64,000 nucleotides of DNA from Macrostomum lignano (GCA_002269645.1 NIVC01000581.1:124001-188000); one strand, 5' to 3'; positions 34,405-47,647 are shown, numbered from the stretch's first letter. Numbers and translations are program-made. Notes: generated by a model not told the origin, from the letters alone.

Positions 34405-36225
34405 TGACATGGTGAGGGATTATATAACATGCTGAGGATGATGTGACACGGTGAGGGATCATGTGACATGGTGAGGGATCATGTGACATGGTAAGGGATC
34501 ATGTGACATGGTGAGGATGATGTGACAAGGTGAGGGATCATGTGACATGGTGAGGGATCATGTGACATGGTGAGGATGATGTGACACGGTGAAGGATCAT
34601 GTGACATGGTGAGGGATCATGTGACATGGTGAGGATCATGTGACATGGTGAGGATCATGTGACATGGTGAGGATGATGTGACATGGTGAGGGATCATGTG
34701 ACATGGTGAGGATCATGTGACATGGTGAGGGATCATGTGACATGGTGAGGATCATGTGACATGGTGAGGATGATGTGACATGGTGAGGGATCATGTGACA
34801 TGGTGAGGGATCATGTGACATGGTGAGGGATCATGTGACATGGTGAGGATGATGTGACATGGTGAGGATGATGTGACATGGTGAGGATCATGTGACATGG
34901 TGAGGATGATGTGACATGGTGAGGATCATGTGACATGGTGAGGGATCATGTGACATGGTGAGGGATCATGTGACATGGTGAGGGATCATGTGACATGGTG
35001 AGGATGATGTGACATGGTGAGGGATCATGTGACATGGTGAGGGATCATGTGACATGGTGAGGGATCATGTGACATGGTGAGGATCATGTGACATGGTGAG
35101 GATGATGTGACATGGTGAGGGATCATGTGACATGGTGAGGGATCATGTGACATGGTGAGGGATCATGTGACATGGTGAGGGATCATGTGACATGGTGAGG
35201 GATCATGTGACATGGTGAGGATCATGTGACATGGTGAGGATGATGTGACATGGTGAGGGATCATGTGACATGGTGAGGGATCATGTGACATGGTGAGGGA
35301 TCATGTGACATGGTGAGGATCATGTGACATGGTGAGGATGATGTGACATGGTGAGGGATCATGTGACATGGTGAGGGATCATGTGACATGGTGAGGATCA
35401 TGTGACATGGTGAGGATCATGTGACATGGTGAGGGATCATGTGACATGGTGAGGGATCATGTGACATGGTGAGGGATCATGTGACATGGTGAGGATGATG
35501 TGACATGGTGAGGATGATGTGACATGGTGAGGGATCATGTGACATGGTGAGGGATCATGTGACATGGTGAGGATCATGTGACATGGTGAGGATGATGTGA
35601 CATGGTGAGGATGATGTGACATGGTGAGGATCATGTGACATGGTGAGGATGATGTGACATGGTGAGGATCATGTGACATGGTGAGGATGATGTGATATGG
35701 TGAGGGATCATGTGACATGGTGAGGGATCATGTGACATGGTGAGGATCATGTGACATGGTGAGGATGATGTGACATGGTGAGGGATCATGTGACATGGTG
35801 AGGGATCATGTGACATGGTGAGGATCATGTGACATGGTGAGGATGATGTGACATGGTGAGGGATCATGTGACATGGTGAGGGATCATGTGACATGGTGAG
35901 GGATCATGTGACATGGTGAGGATCATGTGACATGGTGAGGATGATGTGACATGGTGAGGGATCATGTGACATGGTGAGGGATCATGTGACATGGTGAGGA
36001 TCATGTGACATGGTGAGGGATCATGTGACATGGTGAGGGATCATGTGACATGGTGAGGGATCATGTGACATGGTGAGGGATCATGTGACATGGTGAGGAT
36101 CATGTGACATGGTGAGGATGATGTGACATGGTGAGGATGATGTGACATGGTGAGGGATCATGTGACATGGTGAGGATCATGTGACATGGTGAGGATGATG
36201 TGACATGGTGAGGGATCATGTGACG
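34405..36225. repeat. 19/20-bp array of the same family as 32112-32930, upstream of USP
   Basis: About 90 units; same orientation and variants. Confidence 0.95.
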
Positions 36226-36792
36226 GAACACGGTGTGATAAAATGTAGTCTTGAGTGACTTTCTGAGGCTGGGGCAAGTTCTGGTGCAGCAGTTGCTTAC
36301 AGCTTGCAAGTCTTTCTACCCAGTCCTATGGATACCTATGGATAAGCAATTTCAATGGCTTTCATGATGTTTTAAATATTGATCTTCCAGTAATGAGCTA
36401 AAATATTAAAGGTTGGAAAAATCAAAACTCAAGGTTACACAATTAATTAAAAATAATCAGTTTATGATATAATGCAGATCACGGAGTAGTTACTAGTTTA
36501 ATTCATACTGAGCAGTGACATTGGCAGCTAAAGCCTGCAGAGATTGCTAATGGAATTAAAGGTCAGCTGACTGGCATACTAAGATGAGCCAGTGAATACA
36601 GAGGCACCGCCAGTGGTCCAGCGGGCACAAATAAATAAAAGTGCAAAATAAATCTTGTTTAAATATCAGCCAATTGCTCAATTGCTGGATTATCGACCGA
36701 TTGGCATCTCTGCCCAAGACGCGCCTCTCATTTTCACATCGCCCAGCCCAGCTGTGCACTGCAGCCGTGCTCTGGCCAACAGTAAAATATTA

Positions 36793-37065
36793 ACGGTCAC
36801 ATTGAAGTTGTGATAGCGGGCCGCGGCGGGCTAATGTACAGAAGGCGGGTCACATTGAAGTTGTGATAGCGGGCCGCGGCGGGCTAATGTACAGAAGGCG
36901 GGTCACATTGAAGTTCTGATAGCGGGCCGCGGCGGGCTAATGTACAGAAGGCGGGTCACATTGAAGTTGTGATAGCGGGCCGCGGCGGGCTAATGTACAG
37001 AAGGCGGGTCACATTGAAGTTGTGATAGCGGGCCGCGGCGGGCTAATGTACAGAAGGCGGGTCAC
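36793..37065. repeat. 53-bp unit x5
   Basis: GGGTCACATTGAAGTTGTGATAGCGGGCCGCGGCGGGCTAATGTACAGAAGGC. Confidence 0.95.
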
Positions 37066-37250
37066 AGAGCCCAGTCACAAAGCACTCACAATGGAACCCA
37101 GAGGAACCAATTTTGGGAAATATTCGGGAATCTCTCAACGGTCTCGAATGCTGCTGACTTGCAACCTTCTGAAAAGGGAAATCGAGAGCTGCTCCGTGAA
37201 GCTGCTTTATTCGGGAGACCACCTGCGTTCGCAGCAGCGCTGCACTCCGC

Positions 37251-40200
37251 TCAGCCGTCCACCTCGGTGTTCAGCGAATTGTACACCGCACCCGACTGCC
37301 TCTCGCGTCGGCGGAACCAGCGGCAGGCGCCAACGAAGGCCAGCATGGCGCAGGTGAGCAGCAGGAGGCCGCCGGCCAGCAGCAGCTGCACGCGGCTGCT
37401 CAGCCCGCCTAGGATGCCGTCGCCGCCTTCAACGCGGCACCGCTTGATGAGCTCCGGCAGGCTGAGCCGCATGGGCGCCAGGCCGGCGAGGGCGCTGGCC
37501 AGCGGGCAGGGCTGCCCGGGCTTCGGACAGCCCGGCGGCGGCAGGGTGAACAGCTGCCGCTGGCTGCCGGTGCCGTTGCTGAAGAAAAACTTCAGGCTGA
37601 ACTGGCCGGAATCGGAGTGCAGCTCGAACAGCACGGCCGAGGCGAAGTCCGGCCACACGAATTCTGTGTTGCCCAGGGCGGCCAGCGCGGAGGCCACCGT
37701 GGTGTCGTGGTCGGAGTAGAGGCGCAGGCGGGCGCCGCTGAAAACCGACGGGGATTCTCCATTGCATGCGACGTTTCATGCAGTCTGCATGCAATAGCTT
37801 GTTTGGGGTCAGGAGAGCCAAACAGCCTGGGGGTCTGGAGTCAGGAGCCAAACAGCCTGGGGGTCAGGAGCCCAATAGCTGGTGTCAGATGGGGAGCGAT
37901 CAAGATCCCCCACACGGAACGGGGGAGTGACCAAGATCTCACACAGGGCAGGGAGTGACCCCGATCCCCGACACGGAACGGGAGAGTGACCCACAGGGCA
38001 GGGAGTGACCCCGATCCCACACAGGGGCAGGGGAGTGACCCGATCCCACACAGGGCAGGGAGTGACCCGATCCCACACAGGGCAGGGAGTGACCCCATCC
38101 CACACAGGGACAGGGAGTGACCCCATCCCACTCAGGGACAGGGAGTGACCCCATCCCACACTGGGGCAGGGAGTGACCCCATCCCACACTGGGGCAGGGA
38201 GTGACCCCATCCCACACTGGGGCAGGGAGTGACCCCATCCCACACAGGGACAGGGAGTGACCCCATCTCACACAGGGGCAGGGGGTGACCCCATCCCACA
38301 CAGTTCAGGGAGTGACCCCATCCCACACAGGGCAGGGAGTGACCCCATCCCACACAGGGCAGGGAGTGACCCCATCCCACACAGGGCAGGGAGTGACCCC
38401 ATCCCACACTGGGGCAGGGAGTGACCCCATCCCACACTGGGGCAGGGAGTGACCCCATCCCACACAGGGGCAAGGAGTGACCCCATCCCACACAGGACAG
38501 GGAGTGACCCCATCCCGCACAGGGCAGGGAGTGACCCCATCCCACACAGGGCAGGGAGTGACCCCATCCCACACAGGGCAGGGAGTGACCCCATCCCACA
38601 CAGGGCAGGGAGTGACCCCATCCCGCACAGGGCAGGGAGTGACCCCATCCCACACAGGGCAGGGAGTGACCCCATCTCACACAGGGCAGGGAGTGACCCC
38701 ATCCCACACAGGGCAGGGAGTGACCCCATCCCACACAGGGGCAAGGAGTGACCCCATCCCACACAGGACAGGGAGTGACCCCATCCCGCACAGGGCAGGG
38801 AGTGACCCCATCCCACACAGGGCAGGGAGTGACCCCATCTCACACAGGGCAGGGAGTGACCCCATCCCGCACAGGGAGTTCTCCCAATTACCGGTCAGGA
38901 AGCCGGCCGTGGCTGATGTTGTCCATGGTGCCGAGGATTTCGTCCAGCAGCCGGCCGGAGCCGAAGCGCACCAGGTCCGGAGTCCAGGAGTACTCATTCC
39001 ACTGGAAGCTCCCCACGGTCACGAGGCGCTGCCAGTCGGGCCCGCTGTAGTTCAGCCAGGCGGGGGCGGGCAGGCCTTCGACCTTGTTGATCCACAGCGT
39101 GTCCAGCACTTTGTGGACGGAGGCAGGGGTGACGGCCATGCCCGCGCCGGCGCTCAGGCGCTTAAGAAAGTCGGCGTAGGGCCGATAGAACTGCAGCCTT
39201 GCCGGGTCGGCGTTCACCTGCTTGAACTGGCGCTCCGTTCTGGGCACGGGAAATCGGGGGCCTCCAGCAGGTAATCCTTAGCCTTCGGTACCGTGTGCAC
39301 CGGGATTGGTTGCCATGGTAACTGCGAGTTCCAGCGCTGATCTCCAACTGGCGGGAAGAGGCCAGCAAGGCAGGACTGGGCGCTCATGAGGGTGCGGTCG
39401 AAGTCGGTGGAGCGAACGTAGTGCGCGCTAGAGTTGTAGCGACTGCCCAGGAAGGCGTCGTACCTGGCGGAGGCGAGTGAAAGGTGAGTGCAGAGGAGGG
39501 AGTTCACAGAAGGGGAGTGCAGATAAGGGGAGTGCAGAGGAGGGAGTTCACAGAAGGGGAGTGCAGAGAAGGGGAGTGCAGATAAGGGGAGTGCAGAGGA
39601 GGGAGTTTGCAGAAGGGGAGTGCAGAAAAGGGGAGTGCAGAGAAGGGGAGTGCAGAGGAGGGAGTTTGCAGAAGGGGAGTGCAGAGAAGGGGAGTTCACA
39701 GAAGGGGAGTGCAGAAAAAGGGGAGTTCACAGAAGGGGAGTGCAGATAAGGGGAGTGCAGAGAAGGGGAGTTCACAGAAGGGGAGTGCAGAGAAGGGGAG
39801 TTCACAGAAGGGGAGTGCAGAGAAGGGGAGTGCAGAGAAGGGGAGTGCAGAGGAGGGGAGTGCAGAGAAGGGGAGTGCAGAGAAGGGGAGTGCAGAAGAG
39901 GGAGTTCAGAGAAGGGGAGTGCAGAGAAGGGGAGTGCAGAGGAGGGGAGTGCAGAGAAGGGGAGTGCAGAAGAGGGAGTTCAGAGAAGGGGAGTGCAGAG
40001 AAGGGGAGTGCAGAGGAGGGAGTTCACAGAAGGGGAGTGCAGAGAAGGGGAGTGCAGAGAGGGGGAGTGCAGAGAAGGGGAATGCAGAGAAGGGGAGTTC
40101 ACAGAAGGGGAGTGCAGAGGAGGGAGTTCACAGAAAGGGACTGCAGAGAAAGGGACTGCAGAGAAGTGGAGTGCAGAGGGGAGAAGGTGAGTGCAGGGAA

Positions 40201-40450
40201 GGTCGCCAATGACTCACCTCTTCCTGAGGAACTGTCCCAGGTTAAACTCGTTCATCTTGCCAATATTGGTGAGCTCGCCAAGCCCGTCCTTCCAGTAATT
40301 GTCGACAGTGAAATTCTGGCTGGGCAGAAGCTGCACAGGCGACCGGTGACCGTGGCGGAACAGCACGGATACGTGAACCAGCTCGGTCGTTGCCATGCCA
40401 ACCAGAGCGCACAGCAACAGCAGCAAGCGGTGAATTGAGACCGACAGCAT
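37251..40450 (-). CDS. ACP2: Lysosomal-type histidine acid phosphatase (ACP2/ACPP family); 3 exons, one 1-nt frameshift
   Basis: Exons 40450-40218, 39463-38892 and 37737-37251 (phase 2, 2). Signal peptide, [38 protein letters not shown]-terminal TM and a YNSL (YxxPhi) tail. A CCC run at 39242-39244 needs one more base to give CPRTERQ. Confidence 0.85.
37930..38877. repeat. 27/28-bp minisatellite (GGGAGTGACCCCATCCCACACAGGGCA), ACP intron 2
   Basis: About 33 units. Confidence 0.95.
39480..40195. repeat. 15-bp purine-rich array (GGGAGTGCAGAGAAG), ACP intron 1
   Basis: About 45 units. Confidence 0.95.
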
Positions 40451-40804
40451 GGTGGACTGTATCCCAGGCTGAAGTTCGAGAAGCAATTTTTTTTAAATAT
40501 GTGAGAGGTCAGTGCGAACATATGCTGCGATAATATAAGGAAGGTGCGAAGTTCAAGCATCAGCGAGCGCTTGCTGGAAAGACGGGAGACAAGAGAGCTA
40601 CAATGTACAGGCAAATGTACACAAGTGTGGTGAGCGCACTGGGCAGGCAGTCAGCTCTCTCTCTGTGCCTGCCAATCTGCCTATCCACCCAAGGCACAAG
40701 CAAAGCAATGCCGGGTCAGCTGCAGTTTGCGAATCAGACAGGGTGGCCTCGGCTAATTCGATAGAAAAGCTGCAATCTGCCCCGCCAGAAGCAGAGGAGT
40801 GGGC

Positions 40805-41972
40805 ATGAGCTACACGCTAAGGCAGGCAGAGCAGCACGAGCTGAGCAGGCGGGACCTGCGCCAGCTGGCGTTTCTGCCCTACGACTACACAGCGCACCGG
40901 GTGGCTCTGGGCTACGCCAGGCACTGGGCGATTCTGGTCTTGGCCCTGGCGGCGACGGCGGCCGCCCAGCTGGCCTGGGGCTGCTCACTGCTGTCAGCCG
41001 GGGTGGCCGCCTGCGTGCCGCTCTACGCCTAAGCGCATAGCCGGGCCTTCGACTGGCTGGTCATCCAGCGCGGCCAGCCGGACTACTGGGACTTCGCCGC
41101 CGCCTGGCGCCTGCCGCACCGCGTCTACGTGGCAGAGTGCGATAGCAGCAGTGAGCACTCCTACAGGCCAATATTGAGCACTTATCTCTAGAAGGGTGCA
41201 AGGCATTTTCTAAAGGGAATGTCACGGACACTCAGTGAGATGTCAGTCCCGTACATCTGAGCCCAGTATCAGCCGAGACAGCATGGGAAGGATTGGCAGA
41301 TCGGTAGCATTGGAGAGAGCAGAGACAGTGAGTACACTGCAGTGATCGCTGGGTGGTTTCATCGATTCTGTGTGGGCATAACGGATATCAGGGGTGTCAA
41401 CAATCTCTATATGGTTCAGAGGACCGCTGGGGTGTTAAGAGAGCTTCAGTTGGGTGTCAGTGGCTTTTGGAGGTTGTCAGCGATATCTAAATGTGTCGCG
41501 CATCACCATAGCGATGTCAGAGTTCTCTCCATCACTAATGCAGCAGAGCCTGCACCCCTTGCACCTGAGTGACACCATGACCTGCAGACCCTATTTTGTC
41601 ACCCCCCACCCAGAGCGGCTGATCGGCGTGGTCTGCCTGCAGCACCAGCCAGACGGAAGCTGCGACCTGCAGCACGCTGCCGTGGTGGCCAGCCGTCGCC
41701 GCGGAGGAGTCGGCAGCGGGCTGGTGCGGCTGGCGCTAACGGAGGCTGGCCGGCTGGGCTACAGCAGGGTGACCATGTACAGCACAACAGTGCAGGCGGC
41801 AGCGGTGGCCATGTACAAGCGGCTGGGGATCGGGGTGGACCGCGTGCACAGCGTCGGAGTCAGCAAGCGAATTCCCTTCCTGCCGAAGCCGTTCGCCTAC
41901 GTGCGCATGAGCGCGGAGCTGGGCAAGCAAGGGGGACTCGAATGCCTGCCCGAATCGCACAAGGACTGCTAG
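40805..41972 (+). CDS. NAT8/camello-like GNAT N-acetyltransferase with a hydrophobic segment; interrupted by an in-frame TAA at 41030-41032
   Basis: Exon 40805-41150 (phase 1, GTGAGC) joins exon 41614-41972. Acetyl-CoA motif RRRGGVGSGL, MYSTTVQAAAVAMYKRLG. The frame stays open after the TAA (AHSRAFDW...VYVAE). Confidence 0.7.
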
Positions 41973-42805
41973 CCATGAACTCGGCTAGCAAGAGGCGCAG
42001 AATGGAAAAGCTTTATTGGACAAGACAGAACTCTGCAATTCGCTTGTTGCTGGTCTCCCAAATCCATGTTTCATATTGAAGTTAGAGGTACACAAAAAAC
42101 CTATATTTGGCGTTGGAAATTTCAGTATTAATGTCTGGGATTTGGAGTGCTGCGAGACTGATTGATGCAGAAGTCACTAACAGACTTAGATTCTTTCTTC
42201 AAATCCGCTTTGTACTCACACTCAGACTGTACTCAGACTGAGTGTTAGAGCTATAATAAAACATAAATAAATGAAGCTCAAGCACAGCGAATGAAACAGG
42301 CGCAGTCTTGCCGTAAAAAAGGCATTTATTGATTGCTCACTAGCAAGCACACAATGGGATACAAAGCTTTCTCCAGGTTTATCTTAATAAAAATGCGCGA
42401 ACAAATGACTCGCCAAAACTTAGCAATCTGGAATGGAAACCCGCTGGCCCCAGCTCAAGCTGCTTTACGTAATGACTGACGTCGGATCTTCAACAGTAAA
42501 ACTGCTTGCGGAACTTACTTAGCCGGGCATGGAAATTGCGATGGGGCCAGCTTGTTCCTCCCCATACTTCCAAGTACCAGATAGAAGTCCTTGACCAGCA
42601 GCAGACTAACCAGCAATTTTCGCCCGAATGCGAGCTCCAAGCCTTCAAGGCCGTCCAGACAGTGTAGGATTCCTTTTTTAAGATGCAAATTAAAAACCAT
42701 GCTTCATCAAGAAGCAGAAACAACTGTCGGAGAATCCCCTACTTGTCAGTTCTACTGCTAAAGGAACAGAAAAAACGCAGTCACGTGACCGGCTCAAGCA
42801 GGAAT

Positions 42806-44228
42806 TCAGCCGGAAGCCACGGCGGCGCTGCTGCTGGCGGCGCTGGCAGCCAGGCTCTGGTCGTACCTCAGCTTGCTCCAGCGCTGGTTCACCGGCAGGA
42901 ACGGGTCGGACAGGACCCAGTTGTGCACTTCGTTGCCGCGCACTGTGAAGTACTTCTTGCCGATGCTGTCCCCCAGCATTGCCCGCAGCAGGGTGTTCCG
43001 GCGCACCTGCTTCTGGTAGAAGCTGGCGCCACCCCGCGGATAGGCGGCGGCTGCGCGCTTGTCTACGCGGGCGTCCAGCGATTTGCGGTACGCGGAGTGC
43101 CACTGGTAGGCCATGACGGCCCACAGGCTGGTGGAGGCCGCCACCAGAGCGGACAGCAGCAAATTCCTCCCTAGGCGGGGCGAGCAAACAGGGGGCTCGT
43201 GTTAGAGAATTCAGTGTGGCGTCTGTGCGACAGGCGTCACGGCCCTGTGGAAGCTTGCGTGCCTGCGTACGTAGCTGTGTGCCTATGCGTGCTCAGGTGT
43301 GCATGTCTACGATGACCTCTTCCTGCACCCAGCCAGAGCATGACTACAAAGCAATTGAAAACTCAGCAAATCGCTCACTGTTGGCCCGGCCTTTCAACAG
43401 GTTATCAACAAACTGACGACCGCTGCCCCTGGTGAACCAGAAGGTGGTGCCGATCACCCCGCTGGCTGCCAGGGTGCCGACAGCGGGCGGCACGTGGACA
43501 GCGTAGGAGTTCAGGTAGGCAAGCTCCCGGGCGAGCGCGAAGCCCAGCTCGTCCTCATTGAGCAGCAGGCAGTCGCGGTACAGCTCCCGGCCGCGCTTCG
43601 TGTTCAGCGATAGCGGCCTGTCGTCAAAGAAGAAGACGTGCCGCTGCTCCTTGTCACTGGCCGAGTAGCCGAAGTGCTGCGGCAGGCCGAGGAAGGCCTG
43701 TGAAAAAGCAGCAATGCGAGCCTCAGCTTTACGCATCAAAGTGTCGGACTGTTTGAGTAAAACAAAAAAACTGAGCTTTCAAAGTGATTGAGAAACGAAT
43801 GAGAAGTGATTCAATTGCTTTTCAGGCACCCACAGAGCCGGTAAAGCCACGTGCGTCACGGCTTGGATCGGGAAGAAAAGGCAGCAGGACAACTAGGAAC
43901 AATCAGGGATTCTTACCTGAAAGCCCTGGCTGGCGGACAGCCGGCCGAAGCGCACCGGGTCGACGCCGCGGCCGACGAACAGGCTGAGCTGGTCAATGCA
44001 GGCCGGCTGAATGCCCAGCCTGTCCGCTGCGGCTCTCAGAGCGGAGCGGAGCTCCTGGGACACGGCGAGCATCTCGGAGCTGCCCTGCTGGGTGCAGGCG
44101 CAGCGGTAGGCCCGGTAGGACTGCGTCAGGTTGTGCAGCCCGTAGTAGGCGGCATCTGCGGCCAGCGTGCCGGCCAGCATGGCTGACAGCAGCTTGTGGG
44201 AGCGGATCAGCGACAGCAGGTGGGACAT
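42806..44228 (-). CDS. TMEM177: TMEM177-like mitochondrial membrane protein; 3 exons, about 331 aa
   Basis: Exons 44228-43917, 43697-43379 and 43170-42806. Motifs FLGLPQHF, LNEDELGFALARELAYL and AYPRGGASFYQKQVRRN.LLR.MLG..G.KYFTVRGN resemble TMEM177 as recalled. Confidence 0.8.
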
Positions 44229-44239
44229 GCGGCTGCGAA

Positions 44240-44850
44240 TGGGGAGGAGGGTGCAGATGAGGATTGGAGAGGGTGCGGATGAGGACTGGAGAGGTGCAGA
44301 TGAGGATTGGAGAGGGTGCAGATGAGGACTGGAGAGGTGCAGATGAGGATTGGAGAGGGTGCAGATGAGGCTTGGAGAGGGTGCAGATGAGGATGGGGAG
44401 GGTGCGGATGAGGATTGGAGGGTGCGGATGAGGATTGGAGAGGGTGCAGATGAGGCTTGGAGAGGGTGCAGATGAGGCTTGGAGAGGGTGCAGATGAGGA
44501 TGGGGAGGGTGCGGATGAGGATTGGAGAGGGTGCAGATGAGGCTTGGAGAGGGTGCAGATGAGGATGGGGAGGGTGCGGATGAGGATTGGAGGGTGCGGA
44601 TGAGGATTGGAGAGGGTGCAGATGAGGCTTGGAGAGGGTGCAGATGAGGATGGGGAGGGTGCAGATGAGGCTTGGAGAGGGTGCAGATGAGGATGGGGAG
44701 GGTGCGGATGAGGATTGGAGAGGGTGCAGATGAGGCTTGGAGAGGGTGCAGATGAGGATTGGAGAGGGTGCAGATAAGGCTTGGAGAGGGTGCAGATGAG
44801 GCTTGGAGAGGGTGCAGATGAGGATGGGGAGGGTGCAGATGAGGATTGGT
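44240..44850. repeat. 21/22-bp array (GGAGAGGGTGCAGATGAGGATT/CTT) directly 5' of TMEM177
   Basis: About 28 units. Confidence 0.95.
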
Positions 44851-44967
44851 GAGTGAATTGCAGCAGTTAGGTAAATTGTACACAGACTTTACTACTAGCA
44901 GTAAGCCAAAAGCAAGACAAAGAAGCGGTGCTTTTCTGCTGCAAGGCTAATTCACCTGAGCAGCAGT

Positions 44968-44973
44968 TTTATT
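44968..44973 (-). terminator. Candidate AATAAA of PTPA
   Basis: TTTATT on the plus strand. Confidence 0.55.
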
Positions 44974-45451
44974 ATCAAAGCGTATAAATTATCAATCATC
45001 AGGGCGGGTGGGCAAAGAGACTCAGTCGGATTGACAATCAGCGAGAAATCAACACTTGATATTCTACTGAAATATAAAGTACTCGTATGTACAAGGGTTG
45101 CAAGGACTCAATGAGTGGACATGAAACTCATATGATGATACTTGAACCCAAAGGGACTGTCATATGAGCAGGCAGACAGAACAGCTCTCAAACAGAACAA
45201 TTAATTCTCTTTCGACAGGATATTACACAGACGGATCTTATTAAATAGCTCATTCTGGTGACACTGGGCCATGGAGAATTAAATAGAATAAACCAGCATT
45301 CCCTGCAGAAAATGCAGAATCCGGTATTCAGCACGCAGTGCCAACACCAGCTGACAGAAGTTGGGACCCAGCAGCTCCACATTGATTGGGGACTAAACGA
45401 TGTTGCAATTAAAAAGCATTGAATGGCCCAGCGCAGGCAGGGACGCAGCAA

Positions 45452-47647
45452 TCAGACAGGCCGCTGGAACTCGCTGGCCGGCTTCAGTGGCAGCAGTTCG
45501 CCAAAGTAGAAGTGCTGGATGATGGGGAACTTTGCCAGAATCTCCGCCTTGTACATCTTCACCAGGCCGGAGTTCACCTTGTCCCAGGAGTACACCCCGC
45601 TGATGCCGTGCAGCGTGCTGGAGTGCTCCTCGAAGGGACCGGACTTCACCTGCGGTTGGAGAGGAGCAGTGAGTTAGAGGCGACTCACTGTGTGCTGCGG
45701 TGGGGATTCCCAGTGTTCTGCAGTGGGGATTCCCAGTGTGCTGCGGTGGGGATTCCCAGTGTGCTGCGGTGGGGATTCCCAGTGTGCTGCGGTGGGGATT
45801 CCCAGTGTGCTGCGGTGGGGATTCCCAGTGTGCTGCGGTGGGGATTCCCAGTGTGCTGCGGTGGGGATTCCCAGTGTGCTGCGGTGGGGATTCCCAGTGT
45901 GCTGCGGTGGGGATTCCCAGTGTTCTGCAGTGGGGATTCCCAGTGTGCTGCGGTGGGGATTCCCAGTGTTCTGCAGTGGGGATTCCCAGTGTGCTGCAGT
46001 GGGGATCCCCAGTGTGCTGCGGTGGGGATTCCCAGTGTGCTGCAGTGGGGATTCCCAGTGTGCTGCAGTGGGGATTCCCAGCCCAGTCTTCCGCAGTGGG
46101 GATTCTCAGTGTGCTGCGGTGGGGATTCCCAGTGTGCTGCGGTGTGGATTCCCAGTGTGCTGCGGTGGAGATTCCCAGTGTTCTGCAGTGGGGATCCCCA
46201 GTGTGCTGCGGTGGGGATCCCCAGTGTTCTGCAGTGGGGATTCCCAGTGTGCTGCGGTGGGGATCCCCAGTGTTCTGCAGTGGGGATTCCCAGTGTGCTA
46301 CGGTGGGGATCCCCAGTGTTCTGCAGTGGGGATTCTCAGTGCGCTGCAGTGGGGATCCCAAGTGCGCTGCAGTGTGTCACCTTGAATATGTAGTCGAGGC
46401 AGCCGAAGAAGAGGTTCTCCTTGGCCAGCTGCTCCGCCTTGCTCCTGTTGGGAATGTCGGCCGGCTGCACCTTTGGATTGCCGATCAGCTGCGCGCTGCC
46501 CCAGATGAAGGGCACGAACTGGAAGTCGTCCAAGCACCAGACTCCGTGGCTGCCAGCCGGCTCCATGCGGTAGGTCACCTGGCATGAGCGGGAATGCAAA
46601 CCATCCGGCATGTAGAAGGTAGAAAATCCTTGCATACTAATCTAAGCCTACGATTAAACCTTAAGTCCGAACGGGCCCTCAGAAGCAACTGAAGTCAGCA
46701 CCAATCAGCCAGATTCCCAGATCCCAGCTTCTGCATCCAGTCACAGATCCCAGCTTCTGCATCCGCAACACCGCAGATCCCAGCTTCTGCATCCGCAACA
46801 CCGCAGATCCCAGCTTCTGCATCCACAGTCACAGATCCCAGCTTCTGCATCCGCAACACCGCAGATCCCAGCTTCTGCTTCCAGTCACAGATCCCAGCTT
46901 CTGCATCCACAGTCACAGATCCCAGCTTCTGCATCCGCAACGCCGCAGATCCCAGCTTCTGCATCCAGTCACAGATCCCAGCTTCTGCATCCGCAACGCC
47001 GCAGATCCCAGCTTCTGCATCCACAGCCGCAGATCCCAGCTTCTGCATCCACAGCCGCAGATCCCAGCCTCTGCTCCAGCATCCGCACTCATAGCTCCCA
47101 AAACGCTCACCTGCAAACGCCGCACCAGGTCCAGGTAGCGGGCAAACACGGAGAGCGCAACAGCGGCGCAGTCGGCGGTGACGAGGAAGCCCGACTTGAA
47201 CAGGCAGCAGATGAAGGCCACAAAGGCCAGCTCATGGCCGGTGCCGTAGTCGATGCGGGTGCCGTTGCCAAACGATTCGACAAAGTAGCGGACGAGCTCG
47301 GCGCGCCGCTGCTCCGACAGATCCTGGCTGAGGCCGTCGGCCAGGCAGTCGGCCAGCAGGCCGGGCGCCTCGGACTCGAGCCGCTGCAGCCAGGTCTTGA
47401 AGGCGCGGTTGCCGAACCTGGCCGGCTGCTCTACCGGCGGAATCTCGTCAATCCAGGAGTCCAGCTTGGCCAGCAGGGAGTTGAGGCGGCCGCAGCGCTC
47501 GGACACAGAGTAGCTGTCCGGGCCGGCCTGCAGCGGCTTGCCCCGCACCGAGCTACTCACTGCCGCGATGAAGCCCAGAATCTCCTGGTAGGCCAGCGAC
47601 CGCTCCCAGTCGCGCATGTTGGCTGGTGACCGCACGAGCTTCTCCAT
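45452..47647 (-). CDS. PTPA: PP2A phosphatase activator (PTPA/PPP2R4); 3 exons, about 310 aa
   Basis: Exons 47647-47111, 46578-46381 and 45649-45452 (phase 0, 0). Motifs [60 protein letters not shown]. Confidence 0.95.
45685..46375. repeat. 23-bp array (GGGGATTCCCAGTGTGCTGCGGT), PTPA intron 2
   Basis: About 30 units. Confidence 0.95.
46705..47080. repeat. 28/30-bp array with core CAGATCCCAGCTTCTGCATCC, PTPA intron 1
   Basis: About 13 units. Confidence 0.9.
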
